From Octopus bimaculoides (taxonomy: Eukaryota): a stretch of 64,000 nt of DNA. The notes below the pieces were generated by a model, which was given only the letters and a program-made list of their open reading frames with translations, was not told the origin of the DNA and searched no databases. The position numbers were made by a program, and so were the translations under genes. Below are positions 54,171-64,000 of the stretch, piece after piece. The stretch spans positions 46,708,618-46,772,617 of the forward strand of contig NC_068992.1 in NCBI RefSeq assembly GCF_001194135.2, in the 5' to 3' direction. Numbering within the stretch: position 1 is the stretch's first letter; the number at the start of each line of letters is the position of its first letter.

Positions 54171-54591
54171 ACTACTACCGTAATTATTGTGCTAATTCAT
54201 CAAATAATAAAAGATGTTTAGCCCTAAAAATAACTTTAATTCATGCCTCTACATTTACAACAACTACACTACGTTCATTCACGTCTCTACATACACAACC
54301 ACTACACCACAACAACAACTATTACCACTGTTGTCCCAAGCAGTCTGGTCATTGCTAATACCAAACTACGAGGTAGAGATACGCACAATATTATTCAAAC
54401 GCAGTTAGAAAGAAAGAGAGAAAGAAATAGAAAGGTGGAGTGAACTGAGACGAGAGAAGGACAGTCAATAGCTTACTGTTGCTTTCATGCTATGTAATCC
54501 TTCTGTTACTTCGAAACAGACCTGAGGTTCGTCTGTTGAGATGCTCTCATTTGAGTGACAATATTTTTCTTGTGCAATATATACAAATAAT

Positions 54592-54826
54592 AGGGCAGCG
54601 AGCTGGTAGAATCGTTAGCACGCCAGGCGAAATGCTTAGAGGTAATTCGACTGCCATGACGTTCTGAGTTCAAATGGCGCCAAGGTCGAATTTGCCTTTC
54701 ATCCTTTCAGGGTCGATTAAATAAGTACCAGTTTACACATTGCGGTCGATGTGAGCGACTTAATCCCTTTCTCTGTCCTTGTTTGTTCCCTCTATGATTA
54801 TCCCCTTGTGGGCAATAAAGAAATAA
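54592..54826 (+). mobile_element. SINE family B, full length with the alternative 3' tail (ctgtccttgtttgttccctct..gtgggcaataaagaaataa)
   Basis: Near-consensus head and central domain. Confidence 0.93.
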
Positions 54827-55264
54827 ATATACACAAATATTGTTCACAATATTCCCAGGTTTAAAATGTTTAAGTCAAAGACAAACTACCTAGAGTCGGG
54901 CTGAGTGCATACATCCTATATGATTATAGCATATTTACACTCATGGGGTATATACGCCAAGGCGCACTTGGACATACAACGTTGAAATACAATGACACAT
55001 TTGTAAAACATTTTTAAAATTGTATTTGGACGCTTCGAATGTGTATCGTATCATACAAACGAGAAAGTAATATTTCGAACACATTTAGTTTGGCACTTAA
55101 TTTACCACCGCTGTACATGATATCAAATAGCATTCGTAGTTTGGTGGTATGTGATAAATGTATTGTTTACAAGATAGGAAGTTAGTCCCAACGTAAAACA
55201 TTCATTCATGCACAGATACATACAATTACATATGCATAAAACACATAAATCTCTCTCGCCCTCT

Positions 55265-55314
<50 letters not shown>

Positions 55315-55404
55315 CACATATGTATGTATGTACACTTGCCTATCTGCTTATCTGTGTATATGGGAAAATATGTGTGTATAATAATATACAGAATATGAAA
55401 GCGG

Positions 55405-56240
55405 CATATTGGCAGGGTCATTAGAGTTTATGATATCTCGTGATATTTGTTCTTTGTCGGCTCGTGACTTCAAATCACACTGAGGTCAACTTTACGTTTT
55501 CGTAGATAAAAATAATTACCGATGGCGGAATTGGTAGGAGCTTAAGAAACATGGAGTTTCTGATCTTTCATTCAAGCAGCAACGTCTGCAACGACAGGGT
55601 TGCATTCACCCAAGATGGTAGTCTCTCCTTTACATAAGTATCAGCGACGTGTAGAGCTGAAGTTGACTTGTGTGCACGAGCAAATACTAATGTTTTCCGG
55701 AAAATCTATGAGTTGCAGACACATGTGCAAATTCATCGTCAACATAGATTCAGAGAAGCCATATTTTAAAATAGTAGGAAAATACATCTGCTTCTTCATG
55801 CGTTTATATCTTATGCAAATGGAATATTTACGCGGATATGTTTAGAGAGAATGTTTTCTCGAGAATTTTATTGTTCTACCCATTCCGTCACGTATTTCGG
55901 TAATATCATAATATAAAACAATATGTGCCATGTGGTTCGAAAAATAGAAGATAGAAAAATACTTAAAACATACCAATATAAAGTATATATTAAGTCCGAT
56001 ATTCAATTATTGTACAAAACGTGTTAACAACTTCAATATTTGTTCATGAACCGACATTCAAGCTTGTGGATTGGCAGAATTATTAAAGCATAGAGGAAAT
56101 AATATTCGCAGCATTCGTTCCGGATCCTAATGTACTCAGTTCAAATCCGGCGCAGAACAGCTTTGACATTCATGCATGCAGGGTTCAAATAAAAGTACAA
56201 TTCAAGTATAGACTAATCGCTTGCAACAAATTTCTGGACT
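55405..56240 (+). mobile_element. Two degenerate SINE family B copies (55405-55525, 56065-56240) flanking unique sequence
   Basis: Residual A/B boxes (tggcagaattattaaagc, ctcagttcaaatccggc). Confidence 0.55.
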
Positions 56241-57014
56241 TACTCTGTGTTCACCCCCCCCCCCCATACATCCATAAATATATACACACACATACATACA
56301 TACATGCATACATAAATAAATACACATCCTCAGAGGCTCTTCAAAGGCAGTTTCAGAATAACAAGTGAAATTTACTAACTAGCGTACATTATTCAGAGGA
56401 TAAACCGATATATAATAAAGTTTATTGGGTCTTGCCGTTTTGCCTGCCAGATACTTCGACACTTTGCAGTTCATTAGGCGAATTTCTTTGTCTCAGCCAA
56501 CATGTATCACACTTTCTTTCTCTCACTACTCATCTCTCACTCAGTATGTTTGTCTCTCTCTCTATATATATAATATATATATATATATATACATATGCAA
56601 ACAGACAGAATCACTCGCACATGTATATATATAGAGATGACAGACAAAGAGAAGAAACTCCAAACAACACAACATCCTTGAAATGTGTATGTTGCTTCTC
56701 AAATTTTGAATTGTATCTAATTTATGATTGTGTGAAAAAAGAATTGTGAACATGTTAATTTCAGCTGTTCAAATATCGAATTTAACATCACAAATTATCT
56801 CTACAATAACATTTGTAACATTACTATTTTAATTCTATAAAGAATAACAATATAATATTGTAGAACATCCTCCTCAATAAATTCACTCATCTTTGTAGTC
56901 GCACACATTACTTACATCTCTTTCATCCTTTTTCCATCCCTCAATCTATCACAATCGTTTTATGTATACATGCTTAAATACATCCATCCATACATATATC
57001 CATACACACATAGA

Positions 57015-57120
<106 letters not shown>

Positions 57121-57637
57121 CATACATGCTCTTTCTGTTCATGATATATATTACATAGTCGTGAAACTAGAATTTAGAAAAGAATAATTTTTGCCAAGGC
57201 ATTTTCATAATGGTTTGAATGTATTTGATTTTAATTTTTTACTAACTGCTCTTTGTTGGAAATTGTGAGGAGCGTGATGTCTGCAATTCTTTACTTCCGG
57301 ACTCATCAATAGCATTTTGAATAGAAGTTTAAATTCTCGGAAAATCAATATTTATTTTTACAAATCTTTGCTACTCTGACAGAAAGTACTGGATTAATTA
57401 TTATTTAGATAAAACTATGCAGTTTCTTTGTCAAAGTTCTGCAGGCAAAGATAAGATTTTGTCCACGTACAAGTGTTAACAGAATACTTCACGATTAGAT
57501 CTCGTATTAGCAAAAGAGCATGTCTTTAACTTGGCTTTTCTTTAAGATGTCCCAAGAGTTTATCAGGAACAGTGAAAGTTAAGATGATAATTTTTAATAT
57601 TCTTAATTGTTTTTGTTCTTCTTCCAATTGTGTGTAG

Positions 57638-57734
57638 CTGATAATGCCCAGAGAATGTCAGACAAAATCAATAGGAAAAGTAAAGACAAAACAAAATTTA
57701 ACTCGAAAACAAAAGAGCGCTCCAGCGTTCGTTG
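57638..57734 (+). CDS. Candidate 97-nt internal exon of an unidentified gene
   Basis: Long pyrimidine tract, then tgtgtAG acceptor; GTTAGT donor. Two open frames: LIMPRECQTKSIGKVKTKQNLTRKQKSAPAFV or ADNAQRMSDKINRKSKDKTKFNSKTKERSSVR. Confidence 0.35.
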
Positions 57735-59344
57735 GTTAGTTAAAGAAAATCTTGCACATGTCTTTAAAAAGAGCGCACAGACTTACTCAGAAACATGTCT
57801 TACACAAACAAGATGAATGTATACATCCATTCATACATGCCTCTGTGTATCTTTATACAAGCATACTGATAGGTACATACATACACACACACGTGTGTGT
57901 AAATGCATATGTGCATATTTGTGTTTGAGCGGGTGGTTCTGTATACATACATAAGCATATCTACACATATACAGTCACACATACAAACACATACATGCGC
58001 GAATATATGTATATATACACGTTAAACATTACTTGTTGCCTTTGAAGAACACAGCAAGTGACTTTATCTAGTATCTAAGATACACTTGGTTGGTTATATT
58101 AAACGTCCCCATTGGACGCTTGTTTCTATCTAACTGAAGCTATTATTATTATTATTACTATGCACGTTCTGATAGAATCAGAAACTTGGATTACAATATT
58201 TTTTTAGACTTAAATAATCTCCCTTATGCTTCCTGTTCTTGACTGCAGAAAGACTGGTAACTATTTCTAAGACTACAAATAATATATGTTAAACTGATTT
58301 CCTACTATTGATTTCGAATAATTCGGTAGCTGTTGCAGTGACGCTTATCGAAACATCACATTCATAATAATTTGTATTATAATGTGATACGTAATTTTAT
58401 TAATTAAAAAAAAAAAAACTATTTGAACAGCTTCCATGAGAATGTTATCTGCTGGTATATTATGTTTTACTTTATTGCGTATTCTACTTGTTTAAATATT
58501 TCATTTAAATAATTTTCTTCATTAAAAAGAGATATTGTTAATGTATCCTACAGAAAAATATTTTTGGTATTTCCAGCAGAGCCATTTTTCTTCACATGTC
58601 GATTTAACATTAACTGTTTCTTTAATCTCCAAAGAAATCATTATTTTGTTAAAGCAGACTACTTCTTTTTAGCCTCCTAAATTTACATACATTTATTCAT
58701 TATTATTTCTTTGAAAAACAAATCGAAGAAACAATTGAGAAAATCATGATCTACACGGAACTAATACGAATTGTCAGACAGCTTGTACCTATGTAATTAA
58801 TCGAATTAACAACATTCGTATAAATATCGATTTCTGTGGAGAAGTGTATAATCACCTGACTAGAATCTGTAACTGGTAATTCTTGTATCAATGCAGAATG
58901 ATTAAATCCATACATGGAGACGTTAGGTATTGGTACAATAACATGAACATTTATACATTTATTTATTTCTAGTTATTTCCTTGGTCATCATGGTCTAAAA
59001 ATTAATAAGCCTCTGCAAAGCCGAGACAAGGCCTACAATGGCTTACAGCTCCCACGTCTAGGTCGATGCTGTTGCTAACAAACATAAACACGGCACACGT
59101 CGCAATGTTTAATCATATATTACACACACACACATATATATATAAATATGTAGTGAGATACATACACACGCAAACACACACAATATGTGTGTGTATATGT
59201 ATCTGTATATATATATATATATATATATATAATGTGTGTGTGTGTGTGTGTGTGTTTTTGTGTGTACATACTTCTATATATACATATATATATGTGCATA
59301 TATGTATAGATACATACATACATACACACACACATATATATATA

Positions 59345-59526
59345 GTTGGAATTTCCAAAAAAAAACAGACGAAGACAGGCGTGTGAACAACAATCAGGTG
59401 TATTAGTTTAACGCTCGGTAAGATGAGAAAATATTTTACGTTTCAAGCCTACGCTTTTCAACAGAAAGGAACACGAGAAAATAAACAGAGAGAGAATAAA
59501 AGCTGTAGTGGCCAGCAGTCGATCAT
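59345..59526 (-). mobile_element. ~190-bp hammerhead-carrying repeat, copy 2
   Basis: Reverse complement aligns to 40046-40238; adjacent to TA/CA tracts. Confidence 0.8.
59432..59470 (-). ncRNA. Minimal type I hammerhead-like motif, copy 2
   Basis: tccttt-CTGTTGA-A-AAGC-GTAG-GCTT-GAAA-CG-T-A-aaatat; stem II fully paired, stem I only 3 bp. Confidence 0.55.
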
Positions 59527-61020
59527 GGCAATGATCTTGGTGATACATACATATACATACAAGATGTATTGAGATCATTGAAATGACCATGGTTAAACGC
59601 AGTTGGTTAATCTCTAGCATAAACACGGCTGGAACAGAAAACACAGATGACTCGTGGATTGATCAATAAAATGTCTTAATCTATGCATTAGATACAGTTC
59701 GTCCTGTATCAAAATTAATCAGGTGCTTACGATAAGATATCAGGTGCTATACAACATGTTTCGGAAGCAACAAACATTACTTATAGTTCAATTACTAAAT
59801 TAGTAAATAAATAATAAAATGAAGAGGCAATCGAGTCCTACAGCGGTTGCATCTTACGTAACATTATAAATATCTTTTAGCCATCCCGTGTAATGTCTTA
59901 TCAGCTACATATGACTGTTTAGTGGGAAACAGTTCACCATAACGAAGAATGCAAATAAGGATTCAAAAAGGAATAAAAAATGTAATATTGGAGGTTGGTA
60001 TCGGTAAAGGACTAATGGCTCTTACGTTAGAGAAGTAAAAAGTCGTACGTTTCCGTTTGTTATCGGCATACTCAGATCCTGGTAGTAACTGTTGTACATT
60101 ATAATCTCATTAATGAGTGTGTGATGTTGGATCAGCCGGGGCGCCGAAAGATATGCGGTGTTAACTGTTAAAGATAAATACGAATATTAAAATATGGCGA
60201 AAAACATCGAAGAGGAAAATGAAAAAGAATTATAAATAAGTTGACAGTAGTAAGTTAGTTGTATGTATACGTACTTGAGTACACTAGTGTACACACACAC
60301 ACACGTGCGCGCAAAGAAAAAATAACTATGTAGAAAAATGCAGTATATACATATATCTATAAGCACACATATAAACATATGTAAAGAAATATATCTGAAT
60401 AAATAATATACCTGCTTAAATTCTCTCTCTCACACACGTACATAGTTACACACATATAGATGTACATTATTTATTCTTTTAAACGGAATAAATTTTATAT
60501 TTACCCTAATCATTTTCCCCCTCAATCTCTTTCATAGGACTGTTATTTGTGCATCACTAGCTAAGTATTAATTCTTAGTCTCAGCATTTTATTTATTTAG
60601 CCATATTTGTTCTAAATTACATAGGTTATAATTCTCCTGACCACTCTTTAATTAAACTCGAAATTCTTAATATCTGTTTTAACTCTTTCGGGCACAACCA
60701 CCCCTGCGTGTAGGATAAGTTATGGTCGGAGCCATGAGTGCCTTCACTGAACTCACCCTTAGTTTTTTTTTGAGCAGCAAGGGTCGGCAGGATAACCGAT
60801 GTTGTGGTCAGTGCTTTGAATGTTTTTCTTATTCAGAATGTTACCGTATGCACCGTATGACACTGAGAAAGCCTCATCTCTTTTCCCTGTTGAGACACAC
60901 GCCTTCGGTTTTCAGCAATCGTCCTCGCTCTATACATGTTTCTGGAGAGAAACGCGTCTTTTCTTTGGTGGCATATTTTTTCAATATTGTAAACAAAAAA
61001 TTAGGAACATTGAAAAAATA

Positions 61021-61237
61021 TATTGGGTTGTCCGGAAAGTTCGTGCCGATTTTTAAAGGAAAAAATAAAAGATCAATAAATACTTGCTATTACATTCTTA
61101 ATCAACCAAATATGAACTATTTTGTTCCACAATGCGTCTACATCTCTTCTTTAACTTGAAAATAACCTCTTCCCAGAATTGAGATGGTTTCATGGCAAGT
61201 AAGTCGAAAGTTAAGCTACTTTCCGGACAACCCAATA
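61021..61237. mobile_element. Mariner-type MITE (~213 bp) with perfect 18-bp TIRs and TA target duplication
   Basis: TA-TTGGGTTGTCCGGAAAGT at 61021-61040 and ACTTTCCGGACAACCCAA-TA at 61218-61237. Confidence 0.92.
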
Positions 61238-61699
61238 CATTAATCTCTATTTTTGTAAGCAGTTGTATGTATATAGTATGTCCGTATTTTTGTATGCAGT
61301 GTAAATTAACGAAATATAAGCAAATGAACGAAATAGCACATGCATGTAACTGCTAATTTAACAGTAAATACCACAATAATTATTACAGAGAGACAAATAA
61401 TTTTATATTTTACATTGCAACCCCTGCGATAATTATTAACTCGTAATAGAACAGTAAATGAGCATTGTTTTAATGAAAATAAAATTTCCTATTGACACTG
61501 GCCAGACAGCATTTCACGCATGTCTGTTGTCGACTGAGTATATAACACACAACAAAGAGAAAGAGACAAAAATAAAATAACACGTGTTAAATTTTTTTTT
61601 CTAAAAACCTTCAATGACATTAACTGGAGTTTGGGGTTCGAGTAGACGTCATTCCACATTTTCATTTATCATTACCATTTTTTTCATTCGATTTTATTT

Positions 61700-61775
61700 T
61701 TTCCCTACTTTTGTTTTGTCTGTACTTGTGCTGTCCCCTCTGTGTTTCGACCCTGTGTGGTTAATAAAAATCAAG
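61700..61775 (+). mobile_element. SINE family B 3' tail fragment
   Basis: tgtctgtacttgtgctgtcccctctgtgtttcgaccctgtgtggttaataaaaat matches the tail at 54770-54826. Confidence 0.6.
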
Positions 61776-62041
61776 TCGTCAGGTATGTATATGTATGTGT
61801 AGATGTGTGTGTGTGTTGACACTGGCCAGAGTGACAGAAGTGTTTTTGTTCCACTTTTGATACGTAATACTGAAATAGTGGAGGAGATATTATGTTGCTA
61901 TGGGTTCCAACAATGCAAGAAGTTAAAAATTGTTTTGTGACTAAAACACAGCCAGGACCCTAAGTAAGGAATGTGTAAAATTTGAATGAAATTGGTTGTG
62001 TAGTTCTGGAGTTTTAGGGATTCACACAGACATGCATTCTC

Positions 62042-62089
<48 letters not shown>

Positions 62090-62349
62090 TGAATATGTAT
62101 TTATGCAAGTAGATTTATTTACATATGTTTATACATGTGCTGATATTTATATGAATATATTGTTACTCTTCGTAGAATTGTTTCTACGTAGTTTTTGTGT
62201 TTACTAGTGTATTCACGTGTGTTGATATTTACATAACCTGCTGCCATCAACATATTTCCCCTTACTCTTTTTCCTTTTCACCTTTCTTTCCTGTCCCATG
62301 TCCCCCCCCCCCATATAATCTTTGCTTACACATATTTATCTATAGTTAG

Positions 62350-62450
62350 CAACCAACAATCCAGCTTTCGATGGGCCAGCTTCCCATTATCAACACATGT
62401 TCCGCAAGAACAAACTATGTGATCCTAGTTTCGAGAGTGCTGTCACCAGT
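62350..62450 (+). CDS. Candidate exon of an unidentified gene
   Basis: Strong upstream pyrimidine tract with AG at 62345 or 62349; open frame ATNNPAFDGPASHYQHMFRKNKLCDPSFESAVT; donor uncertain (GTAACC). Confidence 0.3.
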
Positions 62451-62597
62451 AACCTATCCGGAATGCATTTTCTAGAAATTAATAAATGGGTAGTTGATGG
62501 AAATATATGAAGCGCAATGGTTTTTCGTTAGGTGTTGGTGAACATATTTTTGTCTGACTTTTCTTAGGTAAATAGACTACAAAATATAATTGAGGAT

Positions 62598-62631
<34 letters not shown>

Positions 62632-64000
62632 GGAGAGAGAGTTTGTGTGTATGTGAGATAGAGATTTGCACAGGCTGAGAAGTTGACTGGAGGGGGTGCT
62701 TTTTTTTTAGAAATATAAAGGGATGCCATCGTATTATTCAGTTTTTGAAACGGTTTTATCAGACTGGGAATCGTCGTTCTATCCACTAATGTTTAGTACA
62801 GGGTGTTAATAATCACATATAATGTGCGGACAGGAAGTGTAGATTATCTTATAAATTGTCTGAGAACCATTCAAACACAAATGTATCTTGAAATAGTCAT
62901 TAAGAGTGGGAAAGATGGGATTAAGTGTTTAATAAGAACTAATTAACATACGATTCACAAGGGGAGGAAGTCAATATATAGGGCGTGCTTTAGCAGAGAC
63001 GATAACTAAATTCCTCTTTCAGACGAAGAGAAATCACAGTAATACTACAAGCGAAAGATGTGGGGGGAGGGTCATTTGAGCCCGCGGCTGCTGCTAAATT
63101 TTGTAACCTGTTTTGGTTAGCTTACTGGACACTAACGGTTTGATTAGTTTCCCGGACATTGTAAACGTGTTCAACCACTCTCTTGATCACCACTAATAGA
63201 GCAATAATAATTTAATTTCCGCTATACTTCCTTCTTCAGACAATTATATAGATGAATAAAATATATTTCAATTAATTTCATAAATATTGATTTTTTTTGT
63301 GGGGAATAGAAGAATTTTTGCTGGAAGGTTGGTGAACATACTATGAGGTTTGAACCGGGCATATCTGTGGTAGTTACTTAATTAATAATATAAACATGGT
63401 TTCGATGATAACATGGGTGACATTTGAACTTGAAACAGGATTTAGTTGTATGAAATAAGGGTATTTTTCTGTCAAAAAGTGCATCAAATTTATGATTTCA
63501 GGTTTACGTGAGAACAGTTTGCTAAAAAGCGTAGCTATCATAGATTGAACCAGCTACACTATATTACTGGCGTTTATTGTTCTACCCAGAGTAAAGAAAT
63601 GATAAAATAAAATAGCAACGGTGATATTGATTTTAGACAAGAACGGACAACAAAGACAAAATTTAATGGTATGAGGTACGGTACATATACACATTTGCTG
63701 GTACACGGGTCTGTGACAATGTATTTATCCAATTGAAATATGTAGTATAGAACCACGGGTTAATTTAGGGAGAAGCATTACTTCTTAACTCAGTGCTCAT
63801 AGATAGTGTCAGTAGTATATTCCCAATGAGATCCAACTGGCGTGTAATTGTTAGTGTTCTCGAAATAGACATAGATTGTAAAGGTGGAAAATGGGATTGA
63901 ATGAATTGCGGCTTCTTTCCGGTGTTTGAAACTCTGAAATCAAATGCTCCCTGAAGCCACCGTTGCTTTTTACCATTTTTATCGGATATATATATATATA

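Noticed and set aside
60722-61159. 145-aa ORF
   Set aside because: No recognisable domain and it reads into the mariner MITE; likely a chance ORF.
61735-61785. CTGACGA...GAAAC on the minus strand, hammerhead-like
   Set aside because: No proper stem I or cleavage triplet; the sequence is the SINE B tail next to a microsatellite.
63021-63140. Cadherin-like ITVILQAKDVGG motif
   Set aside because: Too short, lacks the other cadherin motifs (LDRE, DxNDN), and the frame closes soon after.

Overview
Eukaryotic, AT-rich, repeat-saturated draft-assembly DNA, with about 6 kb of N gaps, nearly all flanked by (TA)n. The SINE families and microsatellite density point to an Octopus genome (inferred from recognised repeat families). 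I could not identify a host protein-coding gene, rRNA, true tRNA or CRISPR array. The long ORFs in the track are microsatellite or N-gap artefacts, and only a few unconfirmed candidate exons were seen. The content is two tRNA-derived SINE families (about 30 copies or fragments), mariner derivatives, RTE and R4/Dong LINE 3' fragments, decayed Penelope-like (PLE) RT and GIY-YIG fragments, and several long palindromes. The best lead is a ~190-bp non-coding repeat, present twice in (TA)n-rich context, carrying a minimal type I hammerhead-ribozyme fold (CUGUUGA-A-stemII-GAAACGUH). Stem II shows a compensatory change between the copies and both share a non-canonical U at core position 6. It is a candidate PLE-mobilised, retrozyme-like element. 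The second lead is a foldback mariner family whose 3' half is replaced by an inverted copy of its own 5' end, seen twice with the same junction. Repeat boundaries were placed by eye and are approximate (about 10-20 bp).
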